From an uncultured Gemmatimonadales bacterium (lineage in GTDB: Bacteria > Gemmatimonadota > Gemmatimonadetes > Longimicrobiales > RSA9): 64,000 bases of DNA. Both the position numbers and the translations under genes were made by a program. The stretch lies in NCBI GenBank assembly GCA_963798085.1, contig CAWCRS010000003.1, forward strand, positions 64,001 to 128,000, read 5' to 3'. The notes under the pieces were generated by a model that did no database searches, had not been told where the DNA came from, and worked only from the letters and a program-made list of their open reading frames with translations. Shown here piece by piece: positions 38,166 to 48,350 of the stretch. Numbering within the stretch: the stretch's first letter is position 1; each line of letters begins with the position of its first letter.

Positions 38166-39668
38166 TCAGCTCTGTGGCAGGACCGGCAGGGACGCGGAGA
38201 AGCTGGCGCGGTAGCGTGCGTAGTGCTTCTGGTAGTCGAGGCACGCCTGGGCGTCGGGGAATTCGAGCGGGCCCTGGCGCAGTGTGGCGCGCGTGGCCGC
38301 CTGCAGATCGGCGAACTCGCCGGCGCCCACCGCCGCCAGCAGGGCCGCGCCGTATGCCGGCCCCTCTTCGCGATTCACGGTGCACACGGGAACAGCCAGC
38401 ACTTCCGCCTGCAGCGTGCGGATGAAGGCGGAGTGCGCGCCGCCACCCGTGAGCAGCAGCTGCCCCGGCGACATCTCCATTTCGCGCAGGATGGCGACAC
38501 AATCGCGCAACGCGAAGCACACGCCCTCGAGCACGGCGCGCGTGAGATGCGCCCGCGTGTGCGCCGTGCTCAGGCCGAGGAACGCGCCGCGCACGGAAGC
38601 ATTGCGGTGCGGCGTGCGCTCGCCTTGCAGGTAGGGCAGGAAGGTCACGCCGGCCGCGCCGCGCGGCGCGGTCACGGCCTCCGCATTCAGTGCCGCATTG
38701 GCCTCGTCGTGATCGCGGAACTCCTGCGCCAGCTGATCGCGATACCAGGCGAAGGCGCCGCCCGCGGAGAGTACCACACCCATCACGTACCAGAGGCCCG
38801 GCGCCACGTGGCAGAACGTGTGCGCACGCAGCAGCGGATCCACGCGCGGCCATTGTGTCGGCGCCAATACAGTACCGGACGTGCCCCAGCTGCTCACAGC
38901 GGTGCCCGGGCTGATCGCGCCCACGCCGGCCGCTCCGCATGCGTTGTCGGCGCCACCGCCCACCACGGGTGTGCCGGGCGCGAGCCCTGTGGCGGCCGCG
39001 GCGGCCACCTCGATGCGCCCCAGCACTTCCGCCGAGCCGCCCACATCCGGCAGCAGCGACCGCGAGAGACCCACCGCCGCGAGGATCTCCTCGCTCCAGC
39101 GCAGGTGTGCGGTGTCGAACATCAGTGTGGCCGACGCGTCCGAGGGCTCGGTCGCCAGCGTACCACTCAGCCGGAAGCGAATGTAGTCCTTCGCGAGCAG
39201 CACCTTTGCGAGCCGCGCGAAGTTGGCCGGCTCGTGCCGACGCAGCCACAGCACCTTGGGCAGTGTGAAGCCTTCCAGTGCCGCATTGCACGTCCACTCG
39301 CGCAGCTTCGCTTCACCGCCCGCGCGCTCGGTGATTTCCGCGCATTCCGCTGTGGTCCGTCCATCACACCAGAGCAGTGCCGGCCGTATAACACTGCCTT
39401 TCGCATCGAGGAACACCGAGGAGTGCATCTGCCCGGAGATGCCGACACTCGCGACCTTCGCCTGCGGCTGCTGCCGCAGCACCGCCTGCGTGGCCAGGAT
39501 GGTCGCCTGCCACCACGCTTCCGGCTCCTGCTCCGCCCAGCCGGGCTGCGGTGTGGCCATCGTGAGCGGTGAAGAGGCGGAGGCTGTGACGTCGCCTTCA
39601 CGATTCACCAGGATGGCCTTCACGCCGCTGGTGCCGATGTCGAGGCCGAGGAAGCAATCGCCTGCCAC
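38166..39668 (-). CDS. xylB: Xylulokinase (FGGY kinase)
   Basis: LGLDIGTSGVK, SGQMH, LWCDGR, GGADNA, GTSG, LPYLQGERTP, TGGGA. Confidence 0.88.
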   Translation of the reverse strand: MAGDCFLGLDIGTSGVKAILVNREGDVTASASSPLTMATPQPGWAEQEPEAWWQATILATQAVLRQQPQAKVASVGISGQMHSSVFLDAKGSVIRPALLWCDGRTTAECAEITERAGGEAKLREWTCNAALEGFTLPKVLWLRRHEPANFARLAKVLLAKDYIRFRLSGTLATEPSDASATLMFDTAHLRWSEEILAAVGLSRSLLPDVGGSAEVLGRIEVAAAAATGLAPGTPVVGGGADNACGAAGVGAISPGTAVSSWGTSGTVLAPTQWPRVDPLLRAHTFCHVAPGLWYVMGVVLSAGGAFAWYRDQLAQEFRDHDEANAALNAEAVTAPRGAAGVTFLPYLQGERTPHRNASVRGAFLGLSTAHTRAHLTRAVLEGVCFALRDCVAILREMEMSPGQLLLTGGGAHSAFIRTLQAEVLAVPVCTVNREEGPAYGAALLAAVGAGEFADLQAATRATLRQGPLEFPDAQACLDYQKHYARYRASFSASLPVLPQS

Positions 39669-40018
39669 TAACAGTCTCCTGCCGGGTGCGCGCGTGCGCA
39701 CGACGCATTGCGTGACCGGCGAACGGCGGTCCCCGTCACGCGTGTGAGGGGGCGCTGCAGCGGCGGCGAGCTTGAAGACTGTGCGGGCACACTCCGTCCC
39801 GGGTCAGGAAGGCGAGGCGCCGCCCGGCGAGGCGAGGCCCGGGACAGGGCCCGTGGCCGGCAGGCAGGTCGCCGCTGCATACGCGCGCTGTTGCGGTTGC
39901 TGGCGAGGAAAATCCATGGACGATGACTATCCCTGCCCGGCCCGCCAGTGTCAAGCGGACCGAAAAGCCGTTCGCGACTCGTCAGGAAAAGTGATGACTT
40001 CCCGCAGCACACCCATTT

Positions 40019-41314
40019 TCAGGTCACGGGCTCGCGCAGCAGCTGCGCGATGAAGCGACCGAGGCGTTCTTCGTTGCCGTGGTCCCAGCCCACCACCACC
40101 TGGCGGATGACACCGTGTTTGTCGATCACCACGATCTGCGGAATGCCGGCCACGTTGTACTTCGCATTGACGGTGGTCGCCGCCGCCGCCGCCGTGGCCT
40201 GCGCGTCCGCCGTGCGTGCCGGCAGACTGTTGATCGCCACCAGGAACGGCAGCTGATTTGTCTCGGGGAAGTAGACGCGGTCCGCAGCCAGTTCTTCTTC
40301 CGGCGTCACTTTCTTCCCCTCGAACGTGCCGTAGAGTTCGGTGGCGAACACGGTCGCGAACTTCTCGCCGGTGAAGCGCGCGGCCAGGCGGCGCATGCCC
40401 GGGTAGCTCTCGTGGCAGGGAACGCACCAGTGCGCCGTGAACTCGACGACCAGCACGGTGCCGTTACCGGGTGTTACCGGTGTGGTTCTGCCATCCGCGT
40501 TGAGCCAGTGTTCGCCGGTGATGGTGGCGGCGTGGGTGCCCACCATGTTGTACATGGCGCGTGAGTAGCTGAACGCCTGTTTCACCATGTCCGCGCCCAG
40601 CTCCTTCTCGGCCGCGTTCAGGATCATGAGCGCGGAGTCGGGGTGCAGGTAGTCGGCGGCGGTGCGCGCCAGGTCGTTGAAGGCGTACACCATGACCTGC
40701 CTGTTGCCGGCCTTGCGTGCCAGGTCTATCACAATGTTAGCGTGCTTGCGGATGCCTTCGTCGACGTCGGCGTAGCCGTACTCGCCCAGGATGCGCTGGT
40801 GCCCGGTGATCTTCACGTCGATGAGCGAGTCGGGCAGCGCATCCAGCTGATCGGCGAGCTGCTCGAGGCGGGGATTCATGCCGCCGAACGAATGCTTGCG
40901 CGACAACTCCGTGCGCATGGCCATGATGATCGTCTCGCCGCGCTGGCGGGGCGTCAGGTCGGGCGCCGCGACGGCCCGATCCACGGCACGCTGCGCTGCC
41001 GCATTGTCGCCCATGTACATGTACAGGTCCGCGAGCGCGGGCAGGTCCGCGGACTTCATGGACTCCATCTTGAACTGTGCCGCGCACTCCGCCGCCATGC
41101 GCTGGGAATCCTTGAGCAGGGCCGAGTAGTCGATGCTCGTGCCGGCATTCCTCGCATCGAGCGCTTTCTGATTGCGCCAGTCGTTCGCGCCCTTCATGCA
41201 GGCGGCGGGCGTCGTGGCATCGAGATGCGGCAGGGCGTTCTGTGCCCGAGCCGCAGCCAGGCTGCCGCTCCCGGCAACGAGGAGCGCTGTCACAATGAGC
41301 GATCTCGTCTGCAT
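40019..41314 (-). CDS. Secreted protein with C-terminal TlpA-like thioredoxin domain
   Basis: Signal peptide; EFTAHWCVPC, YNVAGIP..VVIDKHG. Confidence 0.85.
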   Translation of the reverse strand: MQTRSLIVTALLVAGSGSLAAARAQNALPHLDATTPAACMKGANDWRNQKALDARNAGTSIDYSALLKDSQRMAAECAAQFKMESMKSADLPALADLYMYMGDNAAAQRAVDRAVAAPDLTPRQRGETIIMAMRTELSRKHSFGGMNPRLEQLADQLDALPDSLIDVKITGHQRILGEYGYADVDEGIRKHANIVIDLARKAGNRQVMVYAFNDLARTAADYLHPDSALMILNAAEKELGADMVKQAFSYSRAMYNMVGTHAATITGEHWLNADGRTTPVTPGNGTVLVVEFTAHWCVPCHESYPGMRRLAARFTGEKFATVFATELYGTFEGKKVTPEEELAADRVYFPETNQLPFLVAINSLPARTADAQATAAAAATTVNAKYNVAGIPQIVVIDKHGVIRQVVVGWDHGNEERLGRFIAQLLREPVT

Positions 41315-41337
41315 GCCTGCCTCCTGCGCGACTCGCC

Positions 41338-43257
41338 TCAGTTGGCGCCGCGCACGTCCGAGAGGAACTGCACGAACTCACGCGCGTCCCGGGTCATTCC
41401 CAGGAAGCTGGCGCGTGGCTGTCCCAGTGAATCGACGATGGCGTAGAGCGGCAGCGCGACGGTGTGGAAGCGCTGCTGCTCGAGCTGCTGCTGCTTCTGA
41501 TACACTTCACCCTTGCCGTCCGTGAACAGGCGCACGCGCACGAACTTCTCCAGCTCGCGGGTCACGTCCCGCCGCGGAAACATGTTGGCCTCCATCCACC
41601 GGCAGTTGGTGCAGGTGTACCCGGTGAAGTCGATGAGTACGAGTTTCTGCTGCTCCCTCGCCGTGCGCAATCCGCCGTCCAGGTCATCGACCAGCCAGGC
41701 CAGTTCGGCGCCGCGCACGACACCGCTCGCACGATCGCCGGCGGGCGGCAGGAACGGCTCCAGCTCGCCCAGGCGGCGGCCGGTCAGGCCCAGCGACAGC
41801 CAGACTGTGAGCCCCAGCGCCACGGTCGCGCCCAGCGGGTGAGCCAGCCCCTGCCAGTGCGGCCGGCGGATTCGAACACCCGCGAGATAGAGCGCGAGCA
41901 GTATGCCCAGCGCGCACCAGATGGCGATCACGACATTGCGCGTGAACACATCCCAGCCCTGCACCAGGTCCGCGTTGGACAGGAACTTCATGGCGGCGGC
42001 CAGCTCGATGAAGCCGAGCGTGCCTTTCATGGTGGCGAGCCAGGGCCCGCTGCGCGGCAATCGCCGCAGGGCCTGCGGTACCAGCGCGAGCACGAAGAAA
42101 GGTAACGCGAATGTCAGCGCGTACACGAAGAGCCCGGCCGCCGGCCAGCGCCAGTCGCTCTGCGCCGCGGACGTGAGCAGTGTGCCGACGAAGGGCGCAG
42201 TGCACGTGAATGTGGTGAGCGCAAACGTGGCGCCCATGAGCAGTGCGCCGGTCGCGCGACCGACGCGGCTGCCGGTCGCGACCCGGTCGAGCGTGGTGAG
42301 CAGGCGACCGGGCAACGCCAGATTGAGCACGCCGAACAGGCTCAGCGCAAAAACAATGAAGAGCAGCGCGATGCCCAGATTGAGCCATGGATTGGCGGCG
42401 AAGCGGTTGAGTCCGGTGACGCCAAGAATCGCGGACAGGCCCGCGCCGAGCAGAGTGAACGCGGCGATGATGCCACCCGCGTAGAGCGCGGCGCCGCCCA
42501 CCGCCTGCGCGCGCGTCTGTCCCTCGCGCCGGCTGAAGTACGAGATGGTGATGGGCACCATGGGAAACACGCAGGGCGTGAGCAGCGAGAGCGCGCCCAT
42601 GGTCGCGGCCAGCCAGAGGAACAGGAGCAATCCGCGCGAGCCGTGCACCTGCACCAGTGCAGGCGCGGCAGCGGGACGCGGTGATGACGCGGCTTCGTCG
42701 CCTGCAATCCGTGTATTGGAGGCGACCGGCGACGTCTCTGTTAGCGGCGCTCCGGCCACCGCGAGTGCGACGTGCAGCGTGTCCTCGGTGGGCGGCAGGC
42801 AGTAGCGCGCATTGCAGGTCTGGTAGCCGACTCGCGCCTCGACCACGGTTTCGCCCGCGGGCGCATCGACCGCCGCACGCAGCGGTACCGCGAAGTGCGC
42901 GCCGTCCTCGTACCACTCCGTGACCATGCCGAAGTTGGGATCCGCGGCCACCTGCGGCACGGGCGCGTCGATGGTGCCGGCGATCGCGAAACGGCTGGCC
43001 GGGCCCACGGCAATGGTAGTGGCGATGGGTCCGCCGGGCGGCTGCGTGATGCTGTACAGGTGCCAGCCGGGCGGAATCTGCGCATCGATGGCGAGTGTGA
43101 CGCGGCCACCCGGGCGCACGGAGTCCGCCGCGGGCTTCGCTGTCAGCTGGATGGGGTGCTCCTGTGCACGCAATGGCGCTGCCAGCAGCAGGACCGTCGC
43201 AGATGCGAGGCAAATGCGATTCGCCGGGCGGGGGTGGCGAGGGCAAGGGTGGGACAT
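41338..43257 (-). CDS. dsbD: DsbD-family thiol:disulfide interchange protein
   Basis: GWHLYS, YQTCNARYCLPP, LTPCVFPM, FTCTAP, DFTGYTCTNC. Confidence 0.9.
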   Translation of the reverse strand: MSHPCPRHPRPANRICLASATVLLLAAPLRAQEHPIQLTAKPAADSVRPGGRVTLAIDAQIPPGWHLYSITQPPGGPIATTIAVGPASRFAIAGTIDAPVPQVAADPNFGMVTEWYEDGAHFAVPLRAAVDAPAGETVVEARVGYQTCNARYCLPPTEDTLHVALAVAGAPLTETSPVASNTRIAGDEAASSPRPAAAPALVQVHGSRGLLLFLWLAATMGALSLLTPCVFPMVPITISYFSRREGQTRAQAVGGAALYAGGIIAAFTLLGAGLSAILGVTGLNRFAANPWLNLGIALLFIVFALSLFGVLNLALPGRLLTTLDRVATGSRVGRATGALLMGATFALTTFTCTAPFVGTLLTSAAQSDWRWPAAGLFVYALTFALPFFVLALVPQALRRLPRSGPWLATMKGTLGFIELAAAMKFLSNADLVQGWDVFTRNVVIAIWCALGILLALYLAGVRIRRPHWQGLAHPLGATVALGLTVWLSLGLTGRRLGELEPFLPPAGDRASGVVRGAELAWLVDDLDGGLRTAREQQKLVLIDFTGYTCTNCRWMEANMFPRRDVTRELEKFVRVRLFTDGKGEVYQKQQQLEQQRFHTVALPLYAIVDSLGQPRASFLGMTRDAREFVQFLSDVRGAN

Positions 43258-43551
43258 GAAGGATGACTAGCCCGCCGGTCGCGCTACTGTCAAGCAACGG
43301 CACCGGCTGTCAGTGCGTGGTTCGCGACCGCGCCTGTCCATAGGGCCGTGGATCCCGCGCGCGCCCGTTCTCGAGTGCACGCATCCGGCGACAGGCCATC
43401 CCCTTGCCGGATTGTTGCCGGCCGGCGTCTGGCGGGCGGGCGGCTGGCTGCACCTGCTTGTAACTGCTATCTTTGCAGGGTAGTCGGGGCGTGCGCGCCG
43501 CCGCAGTCGGTGGAGCGCGCGCGCCATTTTTTTCCTGAACACAGGCGGGGC

Positions 43552-43788
43552 ATGGCAAAGCAGGAAGGCATCGAGATGGAGGGCGTGGTCACGGAAGTGC
43601 TTCCGGACCGCAATTTCCGGGTGCTGCTCGACAACGGCCACACGGTGCTGGCCTATGCGGCTGGCAAAATGTCGAAGTTCAAGATTCGCGTGCTCGTGGG
43701 CGATCGCGTATCGCTCGAGCTGTCGCCGTACGATCTTTCGCGCGGCCGCATCACCTACCGTCACAAGGCGGGCGGGCCCAGCGAGTGA
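43552..43788 (+). CDS. infA: Translation initiation factor IF-1
   Basis: [18 protein letters not shown]...GKM...[24 protein letters not shown]. Confidence 0.98.
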   Translation: MAKQEGIEMEGVVTEVLPDRNFRVLLDNGHTVLAYAAGKMSKFKIRVLVGDRVSLELSPYDLSRGRITYRHKAGGPSE

Positions 43789-43932
43789 GTGGACGCATGC
43801 GGACGGAAAGCACGTGCAACATCGTCGCATGATCCACGTAGTATTTCCTGCCAGTCACGCACCACACACGTCACGCATGGAGCCGGCCCGGCGGTGAGCG
43901 AACAGTGGCCATCGCGCAAGGAAGCGCGCCGC

Positions 43933-44361
43933 ATGGCGCAGGAGAACCGCTCACTGCAGCGGCGCAACTGGCGCATCGTGCTGCGCGACCTTGCCATTTT
44001 CCAGATCAAGCTGCTGCTGGACGGCGCCAAGGACGTCATCATTTCGCCGCTCTCCGTGCTGGCCGCCGCGATCGACATCCTGAAGCCCACGGATGAGCGC
44101 GGGCGACGATTCTACGCCGTGATGCGTGCGGGGGAGCGGATGGATCGCTGGCTGAACCTGTTCGGCGCCACGGAACACGCGAGTGAGCGGCCCGAGGGTC
44201 TGCTCAATGCCACCGTATCGGGTGCGGACTCGCTGCTGGGCAAGCTGAGCGAGTATGTGCTGGGCAGGGACGAGGCGGTGAAACCGCACGCGCCCGAGGC
44301 GGACGCCGGTCATGAGGAGCACAGGGAGGGCGAGAACGGCGAGGGCCATGAACGGCGGTGA
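43933..44361 (+). CDS. Hypothetical protein
   Basis: Open frame with good codon bias; RDL.IFQ.KL..DG.KD...SP.S..AA..D and DRWLNLFG look conserved. Confidence 0.7.
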   Translation: MAQENRSLQRRNWRIVLRDLAIFQIKLLLDGAKDVIISPLSVLAAAIDILKPTDERGRRFYAVMRAGERMDRWLNLFGATEHASERPEGLLNATVSGADSLLGKLSEYVLGRDEAVKPHAPEADAGHEEHREGENGEGHERR

Positions 44362-44519
44362 CGCGCGGCCGCAATCGTACCCGTAACGCAACCGCGATAA
44401 CACGGCTGCGGTCGCAACGAGACCGCTGGACCGACTCTTGCCCCGCTGGACCTGCTGCCGTACATCCGGACCACTGGACGCCGGAATGACAGTGCTGAAC
44501 CCGAGCAAGGACGAGGACC

Positions 44520-45137
44520 ATGCCCTATCCGTTTGTGCTTCCCGATCTGCCGTACAAGTTCAATGCGCTCGAGCCGCACATTGATGCGCGCACCATGGAA
44601 ATCCACCACGACAAGCATCACGCCGGGTACACCAACAATCTGAACAAGGCGCTGGAGCCGCACAGCAATCTGCACGGCAAGTCGATCGAGGATCTGCTGC
44701 GCGGGCTCGATCAGGTACCGGAGGCGATCCGCACCACGGTCCGCAACAATGGCGGCGGCTTTGCCAATCACGCGCTGTTCTGGACGGTGATGGCGGCGAA
44801 TGCGGGGGGCGCACCGGCGGGCTCGCTGGGCGCGGCCCTTAACTCGAAGTTTGGCAGCTTCGACGACTTCAAGAGCAGGCTGACGGCGGCGGCGGGCGGC
44901 CAGTTCGGCAGCGGCTGGGGCTGGCTGGTGGTGGACGGCTCGGGCAATCTGGACGTGTACGCCACGCCCAACCAGGACAGCCCGTACATGAAGGGCCACA
45001 CCCCGATCCTGGGCGTGGATGTCTGGGAGCATGCGTACTACCTCAAGTACCAGAACCGCAGACCCGACTATCTCGGCGCCTGGTGGAACACGGTGAACTG
45101 GGCCGAGGTGCAGCGCCGGTACGACGCGGCGCGCTGA
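44520..45137 (+). CDS. sodA: Mn/Fe superoxide dismutase
   Basis: [29 protein letters not shown]. Confidence 0.96.
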   Translation: MPYPFVLPDLPYKFNALEPHIDARTMEIHHDKHHAGYTNNLNKALEPHSNLHGKSIEDLLRGLDQVPEAIRTTVRNNGGGFANHALFWTVMAANAGGAPAGSLGAALNSKFGSFDDFKSRLTAAAGGQFGSGWGWLVVDGSGNLDVYATPNQDSPYMKGHTPILGVDVWEHAYYLKYQNRRPDYLGAWWNTVNWAEVQRRYDAAR

Positions 45138-45144
45138 AAGAAGC

Positions 45145-45180
45145 AACCGGCCGGGCAGCGAGCCCGGCCGGTTCCGTTTC
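45145..45180 (+). terminator. Hairpin terminator after sodA (possibly bidirectional)
   Basis: AACCGGCCGGGC-AGCGA-GCCCGGCCGGTT followed by CCGTTTC, between convergent genes. Confidence 0.7.
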
Positions 45181-45212
45181 GTGGCGCTGCGGAGCACGTC
45201 GCGACGGTCCGC

Positions 45213-45743
45213 CTACCTGCGACGCTTGTAGACCCCGTCGAATGCGCTGCTCCAGGTCTTGCCCCCGTCCTGGCTCGTCTCCCAGAACTGGCGCACGCGG
45301 TCCCTGCTGTTGTCGATCAATGACCAGGTAATGCGATTCTGCACGGTGCTGCCGTTGGGCAGCTTGCGCTCGCCCGTCAGCACCATGCGGCCATCCTTGT
45401 AATCGCCTGTCAGGGAGAGCAGTGCGCCGCTGTCGCTGACCCACTCCTGGTGCCAGTGTCCATCCGCACGCGACCAGATGTTGAAGCTCTCGCCATTGCC
45501 GCCACCCGCACCGGTCCATTCTTCGTGAATCACGCAACCCTTGAGGATGCTGGTGATGCGGCTCTTGCCCGCGGGCTTGTCATCGGGCGTGGTGACATCC
45601 CAATCGCCCACCCAGAAGTCGAACTGCCGGAACTCCGGCTTGTCGCAGGTGGGCGGTGCCTGCTGCTGCGCGGCCAGGGGATGCACGGCGAGAAGCCCGC
45701 TGATCAGCGTACCGCCCATGATGCGCAGCGCCCTGCGGCTCAT
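45213..45743 (-). CDS. Secreted hypothetical protein (DUF1579-like beta barrel)
   Basis: Signal peptide; C..PEFRQFDFWVGDW, W.Q.WV, S.DGGKTW...FDG.Y. Confidence 0.75.
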   Translation of the reverse strand: MSRRALRIMGGTLISGLLAVHPLAAQQQAPPTCDKPEFRQFDFWVGDWDVTTPDDKPAGKSRITSILKGCVIHEEWTGAGGGNGESFNIWSRADGHWHQEWVSDSGALLSLTGDYKDGRMVLTGERKLPNGSTVQNRITWSLIDNSRDRVRQFWETSQDGGKTWSSAFDGVYKRRR

Positions 45744-45939
45744 GCGACCTCCCTTGTCGAGAACGAAGCGATTTTCCCTGTGCCGGTCGTCCGGATGGGG
45801 AACGCCGGCTGCGCGCCTTCCGGTAACGTATAACCGGGACACGGCGTGCCGCGTGCAGGTGTCGTGACGGATGCCGGATGTCGCGGGATCAACGGCTTCT
45901 CTGCAAGACGGCGAGGCCTGTGGCGGCGCTCGGGCTGCG

Positions 45940-48048
45940 TCAGTCGGGGCGGTGCACGCGCACGCGGGCGTCGACGGCTACACCGCCCTTCTCGAAGACC
46001 ACGAACGGGTTGATGTCGAGCTCGGAGATGACGGAGTGATCGCCCACCAGCTGGGAGACGCGCTGCACGACCTGTGCGAGCAGCTCGCGATCCGCGGGCG
46101 GCTCGCCGCGCACACCGCGCAGCAGTTTCGCGGCACGAATGGAATCGATCATTTCGCGCGCATCGATGTCGCTCACGGGCTGCACGCGGAACACGACATC
46201 GCTCAGCGCTTCGACGTAGATGCCGCCCAGTCCGAACATGAGCACGGGTCCGAAGGACGGGTCCTGGCTCATGCCGATGATCATCTCGCGCCCGCCCTTC
46301 ACGAACTGCTCGATGATGACGCCTTCGATGCGGGCATCCGGCGAGGCCTCGTGCACGCGCTGCATGATGCGCTGGAACGCGGCGCGCACTTCCGCGGCAC
46401 TGCGCAGGTCCAGCTCCACACCCCCGATCTCGGTCTTGTGCACGATGTCGGGTGAACGAATCTTTGCGGCCACGGGATAACCGATGCTTTCGGCCGCGCC
46501 GGCGGCATCGGCGGCGGTGCTTGCCGTACGCGATGCGATGACGGGAATGCCATACGCGGCGAGCAGCGCCTGCACCGCATCCGCCGGCAGCCAGCCTTCA
46601 CTGCCGGGCGTTGCCGCGAGCGCTTTCTGCGCGGCCGCCTCGTCGACGTTGAAGTGCTGCACCTTACCCGCAGGCCGTTCCAGCCAGAGCCGCCGTCGAT
46701 TCATTGCGGCCAGCGCCTGCGCCGCGGATTCCGGGAAGATGTAACCGGGAATCCCTGCCTCGCCCAGCTCGGCTCGGCCCTGCGGCAATCCTTCGCGTCC
46801 CATGAGCACGGCCAGCACGGGTTTCCCCGGCACCGCCTCCCTCGCCTTGACGATCGCCATGGCGACATCCTGCTGGCGCACGCCCAGTGGCGGCACGAAC
46901 GCGGCAATGGCGGCGCTGATGTTGCCGTCGGCAAGCACGGTTTCGAGCGCAATGCGGTAATTCTCGGCAGTAGCGGTAGCGATCATGTCGACGGGATTGC
47001 GCACGCTCGCTTCCTCCGGCAGATCGCGGCGCAGCTTCGCCTGCGTTTCCGCGGACAGCTCGACCACGCGCAGGCCGCCCGCCTCGCACGCGTCGGCGAT
47101 GATGATGCCGGGTCCGCCGGCATTCGTGATGATGGCGACATTCTCGTTGTGCGGGACGGGCAGATGACTGAACGCCATGGCCAGGTCGAACAGCTCCTCC
47201 ACACGGTCCACGCGAATGACGCCGCACTGCGCGAGCAGTGCATCGGTGGCGGTGTCGAGGCCCGCGAGTGCGCCCGTGTGCGATGATGCGGCGCGTGCGC
47301 CCGCCAGCGTGCGCCCCGATTTCACGACAATGATGGGCTTCTGCCGGGTCACGCGTCGGGCAACGCGTGTGAACCGGCGAGGATTACCGAAGCTCTCGAG
47401 ATACATCAGAATGACACCGACGCTGGGGTCCTGCTCCCAGTGCTCGATCAGATCATTGCCGCTGACGTCAGCCTTGTTGCCCACGGACACGAAGTAGCGG
47501 ATGCCGATGCCGAACTCCGACGCGTAGTCGAGAATCGTGATGCCCATGGCGCCGGACTGGCTCATGAATGCGACCGGGCCGGGCGGCGGCATGGAAGGCG
47601 CGAACGTCGCGTTCATGCTCACGCCCTCGCTCGAATTGATGACGCCCAGGCAGTTCGGTCCGATGATGCGCATGCCGTAGCGGCGCGCGATCTCGAGCAG
47701 CGCCAGCTCACGCTCGCGGCCGGCGCCGCCGACCTCCTTGAAACCGGCCGTGATAACGATCAGTGCGCGCACGCCCTTCTGCCCGCACTGCTCGGCCACG
47801 CCGGCGACGTAGTCCTTGGGTACGGCGATCACGGCGAGATCGATTTCCTTGGGTATGTCCAGCACCGACGGGTTCGCGGGCACGCCGTGCACGGCCTGCG
47901 CTTTGGGATTGACCGGCCAGACCGCGCCGGTGAACCCGTGGCGCAGCAGATTGTCGATGATCATGTAGCCCACAGTGCCCGGTGTACGGCTGGCGCCAAT
48001 GACGGCTACCGACTGCGGGCGGAAGACTGCGTCGAGAGAATGGCTCAC
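45940..48048 (-). CDS. Acetate--CoA ligase (ADP-forming) family, fused alpha/beta
   Basis: VAVIGAS, GPNCLG, SQSG, GNKAD, SHTGA, NPVD, HKTE.GGV, LDINP. Confidence 0.93.
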   Translation of the reverse strand: MSHSLDAVFRPQSVAVIGASRTPGTVGYMIIDNLLRHGFTGAVWPVNPKAQAVHGVPANPSVLDIPKEIDLAVIAVPKDYVAGVAEQCGQKGVRALIVITAGFKEVGGAGRERELALLEIARRYGMRIIGPNCLGVINSSEGVSMNATFAPSMPPPGPVAFMSQSGAMGITILDYASEFGIGIRYFVSVGNKADVSGNDLIEHWEQDPSVGVILMYLESFGNPRRFTRVARRVTRQKPIIVVKSGRTLAGARAASSHTGALAGLDTATDALLAQCGVIRVDRVEELFDLAMAFSHLPVPHNENVAIITNAGGPGIIIADACEAGGLRVVELSAETQAKLRRDLPEEASVRNPVDMIATATAENYRIALETVLADGNISAAIAAFVPPLGVRQQDVAMAIVKAREAVPGKPVLAVLMGREGLPQGRAELGEAGIPGYIFPESAAQALAAMNRRRLWLERPAGKVQHFNVDEAAAQKALAATPGSEGWLPADAVQALLAAYGIPVIASRTASTAADAAGAAESIGYPVAAKIRSPDIVHKTEIGGVELDLRSAAEVRAAFQRIMQRVHEASPDARIEGVIIEQFVKGGREMIIGMSQDPSFGPVLMFGLGGIYVEALSDVVFRVQPVSDIDAREMIDSIRAAKLLRGVRGEPPADRELLAQVVQRVSQLVGDHSVISELDINPFVVFEKGGVAVDARVRVHRPD

Positions 48049-48350
48049 GAGTCGTCGCCTGATCTGTTTCCGAGGTTGAAATCCGGGTTTACCTGCAGGC
48101 AGGACCGAATGTGCAGCAGGCCTGTTCGCAGGCTGTCCGCCTGCCGCCGCAACGCGGGCCCGCCATGGCCGGAGCAGCCGGCCGGACAGGCGGGGGCAAG
48201 ATGGCTGGCGCCACAGCACCGGGCAAGCCGCGCCTGCACAATGGAACGCGTGGTTAAGGCGGACGGCGCAGGCCGGGCGCTTGGAGGATCGCGGGTCTCG
48301 TGGTATCGTTCGGGGAAGCCCCCGCGTTCCCGGCCGTTCCGGAGCACAGG

